From Candidatus Heimdallarchaeum endolithica (GTDB lineage: Archaea; Asgardarchaeota; Heimdallarchaeia; Heimdallarchaeales; Heimdallarchaeaceae): a stretch of 64,000 nucleotides of DNA. The stretch lies in assembly GCA_021513715.1 (NCBI GenBank), contig CP084167.1, forward strand, positions 1,536,001-1,600,000. The letters run 5' to 3'. Each line of letters opens with the position of its first letter. Position 1 is the first letter of the stretch. The position numbers and the translations under genes were made by a program. Positions 9,599 through 19,188 of this stretch are shown one piece after another. Below the pieces are notes generated by a model, which saw nothing but the letters and a program-made list of their open reading frames with translations, ran no database searches and had not been told where the DNA came from.

Positions 9599-11344
9599 TT
9601 AGTTTTCAAAAACTGAATGCATATCTGAAAGATGGTCTTCTGGTGCCTCTGCAGTGGGGTGTAAAAACACTTCACCATCTAATATTGTAAATGGGATCCT
9701 CCTTTTATCGATCCATGGAGCAATTTCCCTAAATTCCTTAAATAGGTCATTACTCACAATCATTGCTGTTTCTTCTTCTGCAATACGAAGAATAAATTTA
9801 TCTCCATCTACTCTTGCAGGTAACATCTTTATTGCACCTTCTTTTACTAATTGATCCAGTCTCTTTTGATTATCAATCTGATATCGAAGTGCAGCGTCAG
9901 CCACAGTAATTATTTTCTTAAAATTAGACCTACTAAGTTTGTTTATCATTGCTTCAATGTTAGCTAACTTTGGATGTCCAGCAGAATCTTTTTCTTCCCA
10001 AGCAACATTACTACCATCTACAATAACTATATCATAAGGATATGTGGTTTCAGGAAAGATGCGTTCTTGCTCTCCTCTAGTCATTTTTACTAATCCTTTA
10101 ATAATATCTCTTGAAAAATAACCTATTCCTAAAAGTATTGTTATCAAGAGAATAATAATTGTAATATTTTTGTCAAAAGGGTTCAATGGTTCATCATTAG
10201 ATATAATTTGTATATAGAACTCTCCACTAAAATAGAAACTTGTAAACCAATAAATCTCTGGTTGAATTTTCCAAGCAATTTGAATCGAGAGAGTGATACT
10301 TGTATTACCAGCTTCTATAGGTTCATCTTTTAAGATTATATGATGCCCTGAAAAACTAGGAGATATGGCAAATATTTTTCCATTAATTTCAGAGAATGAT
10401 ATGAGAGAGCAAGTAATCTCATGCTCAATGTAAACAACATCAGTTTCGTAATTAGCTATGTCATAAGTAATTAGATATTCCTTGTTTAGCGATGCATTCA
10501 CAGAAAAATGAACATTACTGACTGAAATATTTGGGTAACAGATTATATACAATGGTTCACTTAAAACAATAACAGGATTATCTGGATCATCAAGATTTGT
10601 AAATGAAACTTGATACGAATGTTTTTGATATAAGGGTTCATTTGTAAAAAACCTTATCGTTCCTTTATAACTTTCTCCACTATTTAACATTAGATTCAAA
10701 TATGGAAGATAGATAATTGGACTAGCTTCTGTTCCTTGGCGATCAACTAAGGCTGAGATAGTTACATTAGTAACAGCTGTTCCACCTACATTTACCAACT
10801 GAAAGTCTACTTCAGTAGTTGAATTACGTTTTAAAATAATTTTATTATTGACGAATGTCATTTCTATTTGTCCACTAGGTAGAACCTCAAGGGTAAAAGT
10901 AGCAGTTTGATAAGTAGTTATAACATTTGTACCGTTAACAAAACTTTCGACAGAATAGTTTCCTGTTGGTTGACTATAAAAATCTTTTTTGTTAATTTGA
11001 ACAACATAGTCTAATGAAGAATTAGTTATTATATAGTTATTTTCAATTATTTTTGTAGTTTCATAAGAGATGTTATAAAAAATAGTAGCATCATCGTCTA
11101 CTGGACTACCATTAAGCCAAGACAGGTGGAAAAGTATAACTAAATCGTCAATTCCACGCTTTATTACAGAAGAATTCAGCGATAAGGTAAAATTTACTTC
11201 TGATTTTTCTGAATGATAATAATATCTGGAAATAGGCTCTTGTGATTCAGTTACTTCAGTATTTAACATTGGAGAACGAATAATGAAGCACGAGATTGTG
11301 AGGAACGTAAGAATGGATAGCATGATTAGTAGTTTTTTTTTCAT
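9599..11344 (-). CDS. Single-pass membrane protein: signal peptide, Ig/CARDB-like ectodomain, TM helix, cytoplasmic NYN/Zc3h12a-type PIN RNase domain
   Basis: MKKKLLIMLSIL...; LVNVGG...LNSGES; TM ITIIILLITILLGIGYF; IVDGSNVAW, DAAL, DGDKFIL, IVSNDLFKEF. Confidence 0.8.
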   Translation of the reverse strand: MKKKLLIMLSILTFLTISCFIIRSPMLNTEVTESQEPISRYYYHSEKSEVNFTLSLNSSVIKRGIDDLVILFHLSWLNGSPVDDDATIFYNISYETTKIIENNYIITNSSLDYVVQINKKDFYSQPTGNYSVESFVNGTNVITTYQTATFTLEVLPSGQIEMTFVNNKIILKRNSTTEVDFQLVNVGGTAVTNVTISALVDRQGTEASPIIYLPYLNLMLNSGESYKGTIRFFTNEPLYQKHSYQVSFTNLDDPDNPVIVLSEPLYIICYPNISVSNVHFSVNASLNKEYLITYDIANYETDVVYIEHEITCSLISFSEINGKIFAISPSFSGHHIILKDEPIEAGNTSITLSIQIAWKIQPEIYWFTSFYFSGEFYIQIISNDEPLNPFDKNITIIILLITILLGIGYFSRDIIKGLVKMTRGEQERIFPETTYPYDIVIVDGSNVAWEEKDSAGHPKLANIEAMINKLSRSNFKKIITVADAALRYQIDNQKRLDQLVKEGAIKMLPARVDGDKFILRIAEEETAMIVSNDLFKEFREIAPWIDKRRIPFTILDGEVFLHPTAEAPEDHLSDMHSVFEN

Positions 11345-11417
11345 TTAATGACCTCCAATGCTTTTATTGAAGTAATAATTCCATATAATATATTCACTTA
11401 ATAAGTTTTTATCTTAA

Positions 11418-11738
11418 AGGGTGTGCGGGAATACCCCTGATTCTGTTCGGAAGTCATTTAGATGAAACTTCCTAGCAACATTCATCTATGCGCTTTACCC
11501 GACTTAGAAAGTCCTATTTAAGCTTGCACCACGATGTATGATCGTTTCATCGCTCCCTCTTTACTCCTCAATAACTTCACAGGTCACCCTATGTGCCATA
11601 TCATTGTCAACGTAAAGAGGACGTGTCGTTTCTATTTCAGGGACCACGTTCTCACGTGATGGGTTTGCACCCATATCGTTTTTTAGGTGTCAGGAGGTTC
11701 CTCAGGTTTAACCCGAAAGTTGCTCTCCCGCTCACCCT
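11418..11738 (-). ncRNA. rnpB: Archaeal RNase P RNA
   Basis: Reverse strand: P1 ends GGGUGAGCGGGA / UCCCGCACACCC; GAGGAACCUCCUGA pairing with AACAGAAUCAGGGGUAU (P4); internal GAAAC and GCAAG conserved elements. Confidence 0.9.
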
Positions 11739-11908
11739 AATAGTACTATATTTTTATCAAAAATAAAGCTAGCTGTTACAGATTGTTAAATAAATTTTGA
11801 AAATGGAACAAAAATATTAAATCTTAAGTCGATACTTTATAACAAAAGACATTAAATATCGAATGATTTATTTAGGTAGGGAAAATTCAATGTTTGAAGA
11901 GTGAAAAA

Positions 11909-11986
11909 GGGCCAGTAGTCTAGCTTGGATAAGGCACCTGCCTGCGGAGCAGGGTATCGCAGGTTCAAGTCCTGCCTGGCCCGCCA
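11909..11986 (+). tRNA. tRNA-Arg(GCG), CCA encoded
   Basis: GGGCCAG...CTGGCCC-G-CCA acceptor; anticodon arm CCTGC-CTGCGGA-GCAGG; GGTTCAAGTCC T-arm. Confidence 0.95.
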
Positions 11987-11989
11987 TTT

Positions 11990-12640
11990 TTACAAAAGTG
12001 AATGTTTTGTTTTATAAAAAGGGCTTGTTTTTTTCAAGGGGACCTCCAAAAATGCTTCTGCAAACTCCACTTGTGCTTGTGTACCTCTCATTTTTGTTCT
12101 ATACTTATGAAACTCGATATAGAAATTATTTCCTCCTTTGTCGAGCTGAGAACTATAACATTTCATAGCTTTTTCTTTTACTTCAACAAAATCTGAAATG
12201 TCAACAATTACATGAGGATTCGACAATAGAACAGTCGTTTCAGTGAAGTAAAGCTTAGAAACAACAAATGAGTTTGAATACTGTGTTTCATGTGCTGCCC
12301 ATTCTATTGCCTCTTTAACCATAGAACTTGTTAAACGATGTTCAACGTGATAATCATCATCCATATGGGTCACTATTATTTCAGGACGATAAGTGAGAAT
12401 AAATTCAATAATTTGATTTTTTATTTCTACTTCATTATTTTCTATTTCTTTATAATTTAGGATTATTGCTTTTTTAACGTTCAGAATCTTTGTAGCTTCT
12501 ATGTATTCTTTTCTTCTTACCCCATTTGAAGTTAAACAAAGCGAATACACATCATTTCCCAAAGCGGAATAGCGAGCAATAGTTCCCCCTGTACTAAAAC
12601 TTTCATCATCAGGGTGCGCAAAAATAAAGGCAATGTTCAT
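11990..12640 (-). CDS. PIG-L/LmbE family N-acetylglucosaminyl deacetylase (BshB-like)
   Basis: AHPDDE, RxxE, THxxxDxHxEH, YxSQ, AEAF. Confidence 0.85.
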   Translation of the reverse strand: MNIAFIFAHPDDESFSTGGTIARYSALGNDVYSLCLTSNGVRRKEYIEATKILNVKKAIILNYKEIENNEVEIKNQIIEFILTYRPEIIVTHMDDDYHVEHRLTSSMVKEAIEWAAHETQYSNSFVVSKLYFTETTVLLSNPHVIVDISDFVEVKEKAMKCYSSQLDKGGNNFYIEFHKYRTKMRGTQAQVEFAEAFLEVPLKKTSPFYKTKHSLL

Positions 12641-12693
12641 AAAGAAAATTAAAAAAAAGTAGAGATAAAGATTTCTATCTTCTAAAAAACAAA

Positions 12694-13737
12694 TTATTTT
12701 TTGTTGATATAGTTTACTGCATTAATTCCAGCCTTGTATCCTTCACCCATTAATATTGCACAATAATCTTCTTCTCCTGTTATTACTCCTGCTGCAAAAA
12801 TCCCTGGAATGGTTGTTTCTTTTTTACTATTTGTCACTAAAAATCCTTCTTCATTAATTTTTATATCGAGTTCTTTCAACATTGAGAGATCAGGCTTATC
12901 TTTTAATTCTATAAAAACTGCATTTACTGAAAGTTCTTTTTCTTCTCCATCTTCAACAAATTTTATTCCAGTTACAAACTGTGTTCCTACTACTTCAACT
13001 TTTGATAGATCAATTCCATATTTTATTTTTACATTTGGGGATTTTTCTAATTTTTTCATAAAACGCTTGTCAATGTCAAGAGTAGAAGATGGACAAATAA
13101 CAGTGACTTTTCTGCAATATTTTCTCAAGAAAAGAGCTCCTCTTGCTGCAAAATTATCCTTTCCAATAATACAAACTTTTTTTCCTCTGAACAAAGCCCC
13201 GTCACATACTGCACAATAAGAAAGGCCCTGACTTTCAAATTCTTCTTCTCCTTTAATTGCCCCTTTTAATTCTGGGAGATCATAAGCGAGGATTACAGCT
13301 TTCGCTCTAATTGTTTCTCCTTCTTCAGTTACTAAAACAAAGTTTTCTTCTTCTTTCTTAATCTTTGAAATTTTCTCTTCTTCAATTTCAATTCTTTTTC
13401 CTTTCATTTCTAAATTGTCATTTTGCTCTTCAGAAGATGAAAAAGAAGAAATATACTCGTTGTTAAACTTTTCAATTTGCCCTAAAATCTGAACAATATA
13501 GTCAACTCCTACTACACTTTCAATTCCAGGGATCGTATCAATAGTTCCTTTTTTTGCTGTAATAGTATTATAGGGTATCCCAAAAAGTTTTACTTTAAGG
13601 TCAGGGTTTTTTGAATAAGCAGCTATTGCAGCTGATAATCCTGTTAATCCTGAACCAATTATAACTAAATCAATAGTCCCATCTTTTTTGTTCATATAAG
13701 TAGTAAACACAGAATTAAAAATAAAGTTAACTGTCAT
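12694..13737 (-). CDS. Thioredoxin reductase-like flavoprotein
   Basis: GSGLTGLSAA FAD motif; GLSYCAVCDG; TTIPGIFAAG; NADPH motifs atypical. Confidence 0.8.
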   Translation of the reverse strand: MTVNFIFNSVFTTYMNKKDGTIDLVIIGSGLTGLSAAIAAYSKNPDLKVKLFGIPYNTITAKKGTIDTIPGIESVVGVDYIVQILGQIEKFNNEYISSFSSSEEQNDNLEMKGKRIEIEEEKISKIKKEEENFVLVTEEGETIRAKAVILAYDLPELKGAIKGEEEFESQGLSYCAVCDGALFRGKKVCIIGKDNFAARGALFLRKYCRKVTVICPSSTLDIDKRFMKKLEKSPNVKIKYGIDLSKVEVVGTQFVTGIKFVEDGEEKELSVNAVFIELKDKPDLSMLKELDIKINEEGFLVTNSKKETTIPGIFAAGVITGEEDYCAILMGEGYKAGINAVNYINKK

Positions 13738-13817
13738 TTGTTTTGCGGATAATTTTTCGACATCCTTTTTATAAAATAAAGAGAAAATATATATAGAAAA
13801 TTTTATGGGGACTTAAA

Positions 13818-14036
13818 ATGGGCAAACAAGAAATTTCTGTTTCAGGAAAAAGATTAATACAATTACTAGAAGAAAAGGGGCCTTTGACACAAAAACAACT
13901 AATTATTGAGTCTGAGATACCCGCTCGAACAGCTAGATATGCTTTAAAGAGATTAATCGAAATGGGGTTAATCATAAAGAGAAATAACCTAGCTGATATG
14001 AGAAGCGTTTATTATTTCTTAGTTGAGGAAAACTAA
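13818..14036 (+). CDS. Small winged-helix protein
   Basis: GPLTQKQL...PARTARYALKRLIEMGLI...DMRSVYY. Confidence 0.8.
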   Translation: MGKQEISVSGKRLIQLLEEKGPLTQKQLIIESEIPARTARYALKRLIEMGLIIKRNNLADMRSVYYFLVEEN

Positions 14037-14076
14037 TTTAATAGTAACTTCCCCAACTTTCTATTGTATATTCTCT

Positions 14077-15648
14077 TTAAATAATCTTTGAGTTAACATT
14101 ACTATTTATTTCAGTTCCTGGGAATATTCCTAATATCCTTCTAAAATTAGAGGGTATAAAAACTTCAGATACCACAATTGCTCCATCTGAAGAAATATCT
14201 ATTATATTGAAGCTATTTTCACTACTTGCTGTCTTTTGAGATGAAAAAGTATTGCAATTCACAAATACTGTTTTTTCTACTCTAGTACAAAAAGCTTTAC
14301 CCAAATGTCCAGACAAAACTAAATTCACATTAGTGTCAACTAATAACCTCAACACATCTCCAGCATCTTCTAATGCAGAAGTCTCTCTAGTACCAGGAAT
14401 AGGAACAAGATGATGGTGCATTACAACACTATTAAATTGCTTACTTTTTTCCTTCTTAGTTTGATGTACATAACGATGTAACTTTAATTGTGTTCTTCTT
14501 CCAACCACTCCAATATCTGTTCCAGCCTCAGAAGTGTTGAGAATATAAAAATTAGAATTCTCTTTCTCGATCAAATGCTCAATATCAAAATATTTGTTTA
14601 GGAGAGATTCTCCATACCCTCTTAAATCTCTTGGACCAGGACAAAAAATAAATTTCTCTTTATATTTCAGAAAATGTTCTATTGCTTGTTCATACTCGTC
14701 AGAATATCCACTATATGTTAAATTTCCATTATGGATTATTACATCAGGGTTAGTTTCATCTATTAGTTTCATTCCTTTTTTAAAATACTCAAATTGTTTA
14801 TTCCAAGAAGAACCAAAATCAGTACCAGATAATTGAACAATACGCAACCATTTTCCTCCAGAGGAATTAACCATACGAAAACTTCTTGTTATGGTTTTAA
14901 TCTCTTCATGGAGAGCATTTCCTTTAGTGTTTATTGTTTTAATTTTCACATCTTTTTGAGGTCTTATTTCAACTAAGTTAAATGAATGAGGTTCTCCACT
15001 TCTTGTTTTATAACTCGAAATTGATCCAGAAGAAATAATGATAGTATCTTCCACTTTGTATACGTTAGGATGGTGTTTATGACCTGTAAAAACTGCATCT
15101 ACACCATAATCAAGTAAAATTGAAAGCATTTCCCCAGAATCCACTGCATTAGACCTTTCTCTTCCTACTTTAGGAATTGGTAGAAGATGATGATGGAAAG
15201 ACACTATCTTTATTCTATCCTCGCCAAATTTTCTAAGTATTTTTTTGGCAAAATCAAAAGCCTTCCTTCCAAAACGCCCACTATCCCTATCTGGAACACA
15301 AGAGTCTAATCCAATAAAAAGAACTTTTTCATCAACATCAAAAAAATCTCTTTCTCCCACCATTTTTTCCCAAACTTCAAAACCACCAGAACGACTATCG
15401 TGGTTTCCAATGATCCAGTGAATCTTAGGAAGTTTAATTAGTTCTCGCAACTTGTTTGCAAACACATAGTCTTCAAATAACCCATCTTGAGTTAAGTCTC
15501 CAGAAAAAACTCCAAAGTCAACTTTCAATCTATTTGCCAACGAATTAATTTCATTGACAGCTGCAAAATATTCAGAAGAGACAAATTGTGGTCTAGAAGT
15601 TATGTGAGTGTCACCAAAGTGGATTATCCTAACAGCAGAATCACGCAT
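14077..15648 (-). CDS. Tandem two-domain Icc/CpdA-like metallophosphoesterase
   Basis: Domain 1: DTH, GDLT, GNHD, HHH, GHKH; domain 2 has the same layout with degenerate motifs. Confidence 0.85.
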   Translation of the reverse strand: MRDSAVRIIHFGDTHITSRPQFVSSEYFAAVNEINSLANRLKVDFGVFSGDLTQDGLFEDYVFANKLRELIKLPKIHWIIGNHDSRSGGFEVWEKMVGERDFFDVDEKVLFIGLDSCVPDRDSGRFGRKAFDFAKKILRKFGEDRIKIVSFHHHLLPIPKVGRERSNAVDSGEMLSILLDYGVDAVFTGHKHHPNVYKVEDTIIISSGSISSYKTRSGEPHSFNLVEIRPQKDVKIKTINTKGNALHEEIKTITRSFRMVNSSGGKWLRIVQLSGTDFGSSWNKQFEYFKKGMKLIDETNPDVIIHNGNLTYSGYSDEYEQAIEHFLKYKEKFIFCPGPRDLRGYGESLLNKYFDIEHLIEKENSNFYILNTSEAGTDIGVVGRRTQLKLHRYVHQTKKEKSKQFNSVVMHHHLVPIPGTRETSALEDAGDVLRLLVDTNVNLVLSGHLGKAFCTRVEKTVFVNCNTFSSQKTASSENSFNIIDISSDGAIVVSEVFIPSNFRRILGIFPGTEINSNVNSKII

Positions 15649-15714
15649 TGTGACAAGTATTAGTAAATAGATAAAAAACCTTTTTCTAAAAAATTCAAAA
15701 TGAAGATTTAAATT

Positions 15715-16101
15715 TTAAACAACAAGTAAATTCAGTGGGTTTAACATCCCTATTATTTTTTCTCCATCTTTAACTATTAAGTGGTTAATACGCTTTTCTT
15801 TCATTTTAACAAGAGCTACTGAAATTGTTTCTCTTGAAGAGATTGAAATTAAAGGACTAGTCATAATTTCTTTAATCTTTGTTTTACCAAAATCTAGTTT
15901 CTTGAATAGAGCTTTTACAATGTCCTTAGTTGTAATAATTCCTGCTGGTTCATTGTTTACTGTTACAAGAACAGAACCTACATCAAAATCAGCGATTATT
16001 TTAACAGCATCATTCAGATTCTTTTCTCCCTCAATAAATAATACACCTTTGGTCATAACACTTGTAACAGGTTCTTCATAAATTGGTTCTCGCAGAGTCA
16101 T
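15715..16101 (-). CDS. CBS-domain pair protein
   Basis: VTSVMT, GSVLV, GIITTKDI, IKEIMTSP, HLIV. Confidence 0.9.
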   Translation of the reverse strand: MTLREPIYEEPVTSVMTKGVLFIEGEKNLNDAVKIIADFDVGSVLVTVNNEPAGIITTKDIVKALFKKLDFGKTKIKEIMTSPLISISSRETISVALVKMKEKRINHLIVKDGEKIIGMLNPLNLLVV

Positions 16102-16252
16102 TATTCTCAGGATAAGATTGTTTTTGATTTTTTAATGTTTTTGGGAGGAATAAACGAAAAGAAAAAGAAAAAAAGAAAAAATTCGATACGAAAAACTAAT
16201 ATGTAGAATTATTATAATAATAGAATCGAGAGAACTAGGAGTAGGAAAAAAG

Positions 16253-16699
16253 TTGTATACCGACAGTCAAGAGATATTTCATTTAGCGACACAATTACAA
16301 AGGATAAATTACTTAGGGCATGTACAGACTTTTCAAATAGAATTTGACCTTTTAGAAGAAGAAATGAAAAAGAAACTTTTAGATGTGTTTAATGATTCTA
16401 CAGGTATTGGTCAATTTAAATCAGATATGATTATAATAGAGCAAGTAGGAGAAAGAGATTTCCTTAAAACTGTTGAAACATTTCAATATTTAGCTAAGGT
16501 CATGGGAGATTTGTCAGCTATAGATAGTATAACAGCCTTAGTAGAAATAAGCTACAAAAACGATGTTCATTTTATTGTTGTTTCGTTTATTCCCCCTGAT
16601 TCATTAGAACTAATAAGTACCAGTGAGAGTAAACTATACTTTGAGCTTTTAAACTATGTGAGAACAAAATGGGCATTTTCAAAGACATTTATTAGATAA
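16253..16699 (+). CDS. Hypothetical protein
   Basis: 148-aa ORF with AGGAG upstream; no recognised motif. Confidence 0.6.
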   Translation: MYTDSQEIFHLATQLQRINYLGHVQTFQIEFDLLEEEMKKKLLDVFNDSTGIGQFKSDMIIIEQVGERDFLKTVETFQYLAKVMGDLSAIDSITALVEISYKNDVHFIVVSFIPPDSLELISTSESKLYFELLNYVRTKWAFSKTFIR

Positions 16700-16714
16700 T
16701 ATTTTTTAGTTTCA

Positions 16715-17800
16715 TTATGCAAATGGTCTTTCTCTCAATAATGCTCGAAGTAGTTCTAAATTTGTTTGTATTTTAGAAGAATCAATTGACAATTTTTCAT
16801 TTTTTATTGCATCGATTATATCATACAGTATATATGTGGCTACATGAAAATCTATTGTATAACCATCTGGATACATTGATTGGAGATCTTGCTCTACTCC
16901 AATTTCTTTAAGAGTTTTATCGTATTCATATATAAATTTCATAATTTTATTTTTAATTGAAATAAAAGATTTATTATTTTTATATTCAGTCAAAACATCA
17001 AGAGCAAAATAAGCACCAATATCTTCACATCTATCCCTATTTGCTTCTATAAACTCTGAATTAAAAACGTAAACTTTTACTTTTTCACAATTTTGTGTAG
17101 TTAAACTAGAATGATCTGAAGATGAATCAACAACCATTTTTAAGTTAGATTTATGAAAATCACCATGAATAACAGCAGAACCTTTAGATATTTTTAAAAT
17201 AGCTAATGAAGGAACGAGAAGATTAATCAATTCTTGTTCTAAAGATTCATTGTTTAGCAAGGAAATCAAAAAAAGTATGACAGTTTTATAGGGTTCAATA
17301 TCAATCTCTTTTGATCCTACACCATGAATTAAGGCCAATGTTCTTGCTGCAAATTTAAGTGAATCATCTTCTGAGATATTACTTTTTGCATCAACTCCTA
17401 AACCAGCTTCATAAATAATGCACTTGTTTTTTGCACTCTTATAAATAATAGGAGGAACCAAAACACATGGATAACTTTTCAATGAAGAGGATAGAATCTC
17501 ATAATTACTAATTTCTTTAATATAAGCTTCTTCATCCTTGCTGAATTTTACTATTAGAGAAACGACGTGTTTACCTATTTCAGTTTCCAAATTATAAGTG
17601 ACAAAATGTGTTTTTGAACGAGATGAATGGAAATCCTGAGAAGTAACATCAATAATGGATATTTCATTAGGAGTAATGTTAGTTTCTTTTTCGATAGATT
17701 GTTTGAAATATTCTTTTAGACTCTCTCCAATAATAGTTAGTATTCTTCTTAATTTTTCGAAATTTTTTTCATTGTTTGGAGAGTTATTTACTTTTTGCAT
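16715..17800 (-). CDS. Aminoglycoside-phosphotransferase/choline-kinase-like protein
   Basis: IVKF...E; LALIHG; IHGDFHKSN (Brenner motif). Confidence 0.7.
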   Translation of the reverse strand: MQKVNNSPNNEKNFEKLRRILTIIGESLKEYFKQSIEKETNITPNEISIIDVTSQDFHSSRSKTHFVTYNLETEIGKHVVSLIVKFSKDEEAYIKEISNYEILSSSLKSYPCVLVPPIIYKSAKNKCIIYEAGLGVDAKSNISEDDSLKFAARTLALIHGVGSKEIDIEPYKTVILFLISLLNNESLEQELINLLVPSLAILKISKGSAVIHGDFHKSNLKMVVDSSSDHSSLTTQNCEKVKVYVFNSEFIEANRDRCEDIGAYFALDVLTEYKNNKSFISIKNKIMKFIYEYDKTLKEIGVEQDLQSMYPDGYTIDFHVATYILYDIIDAIKNEKLSIDSSKIQTNLELLRALLRERPFA

Positions 17801-18184
17801 TTAATTCAACTTATAAGTATAATTCAAACTTATAAAAGCTTTATGTGTTTACTTCACTAATTTCTTCTACAAGAATAAAAAAGACAAAAGGTTAAAGCAC
17901 GTTTTCCAAAAAAACTTTTCAGAAAAAAATAAAACTTTATTTATCAAAATAAATTAAAATACTAGTAAAACTAATATATAATTGTAAATAGAATAAAGAG
18001 AGGAGTTAATCTTTTTCAGATAGGATTTAAATAGAATGATATACAGAATTGTTTTAATGAGTGATAATTATCGAAAAATCGGAATAATATTTACTTTAAT
18101 AGTCTTATTTAATGTAAATTTTACAAATCCAATAGAACAAAAAAATGCTTTAACAAATATAAGCAACAATATTTTCGACAATAT

Positions 18185-19188
18185 AAGCATGTCCAAAAAT
18201 TCTTTTTCACCTACTAAACGGTCCGAAGGAGTAAAAGGTAGTTGTAACAGAGGAGAGAACTATAAAGCGTAGAGAGAATGGTGGAGGGTAAACGATCAAG
18301 GATTGGGGGAAGAGAGAGTTTAAGGAGACCAAAGACGTGTTCAATACTACTACGATACTCGGGATGATGATTACGACGATACAGACCAGGGTAGAGACGA
18401 TGAGCTTGAACTATTGGTCCGAGGGGAGGAGGAGAGGGATAACGAGCATTACTTTTTGGGGGAATAACAGGAAAAAAGGAATGTTGGCTAAGAAGTCCAA
18501 CGATATTTTCTGTCCAGTAGGCACAGTCTCCATAAAATCGCAAGAAAGGTCTCAAGAGTGCAGAAGGAAGTTTCTGCCAGAGTAAACCGAAGACTTTACT
18601 ATCGTGAGTGTTACTAGCAGAATGAGCGAGAGAGACTATAGCTCGAGAGGGTAAACCAACTATAAGGTGTATCTTCCAGAAAAGTTTAGAGGTTTTCTTT
18701 AGTGTCCCTCTTGACCATTTGAGAAAACGCCAAACAGAAGCTTGACGGATTTTAAACCCTGAACTATCCACTGCCATAGCTTTCAAGCCTTTTTTCCTCA
18801 CTATTTCCCTACCTAACTCTATTATCCACTGCTCTAAGATTTTACTTTCTGTCGCTCTCCACACTGCATGAAAAGTAGATTTAGAAGGAATCTTCTTCAT
18901 CCACCCCTCTTCTATCAAAAAATCGCATAAAGACAACTTTTCCTCTAACTTCCTCCAAGCTATCCCTTCTATTCTAGCAATGATTGCTAAAGCCAGTATC
19001 ACCCATCTTTCTGCTATTCTCTTTCTCCCTCTCTTGCTTTCTCTCGGTTCCTCTTTCACCAGTTTCTTAAGGAAAGGTTCATTAATGATTATGAATTCTC
19101 TTGCTTTGTGGGGGTCTATGATCTGAAAGAAATTCATACTTCCGACATAAACCCCCACATTAATAAAAATTAATTTTTGGACATGCTT
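18185..19188 (-). mobile_element. IS5-like (DDE_Tnp_1) insertion sequence, 1004 bp
   Basis: Perfect 17-bp TIR AAGCATGTCCAAAAATT; 8-bp TSD GACAATAT at 18177-18184 and 19189-19196. Confidence 0.9.
18214..19158 (-). CDS. IS5/IS4-superfamily DDE transposase
   Basis: PSKSTF, AVDSSG, KIHL, HDS, GDCAY, YRSSIEHVFGLLK. Confidence 0.9.
   Translation of the reverse strand: MGVYVGSMNFFQIIDPHKAREFIIINEPFLKKLVKEEPRESKRGRKRIAERWVILALAIIARIEGIAWRKLEEKLSLCDFLIEEGWMKKIPSKSTFHAVWRATESKILEQWIIELGREIVRKKGLKAMAVDSSGFKIRQASVWRFLKWSRGTLKKTSKLFWKIHLIVGLPSRAIVSLAHSASNTHDSKVFGLLWQKLPSALLRPFLRFYGDCAYWTENIVGLLSQHSFFPVIPPKSNARYPSPPPLGPIVQAHRLYPGLYRRNHHPEYRSSIEHVFGLLKLSLPPILDRLPSTILSTLYSSLLCYNYLLLLRTV

Noticed and set aside
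18185-18272. C-terminus of the 78-aa ORF 18036-18272 as a real small protein
   Set aside because: It is read-through into the IS; the N-terminus belongs to the disrupted surface protein
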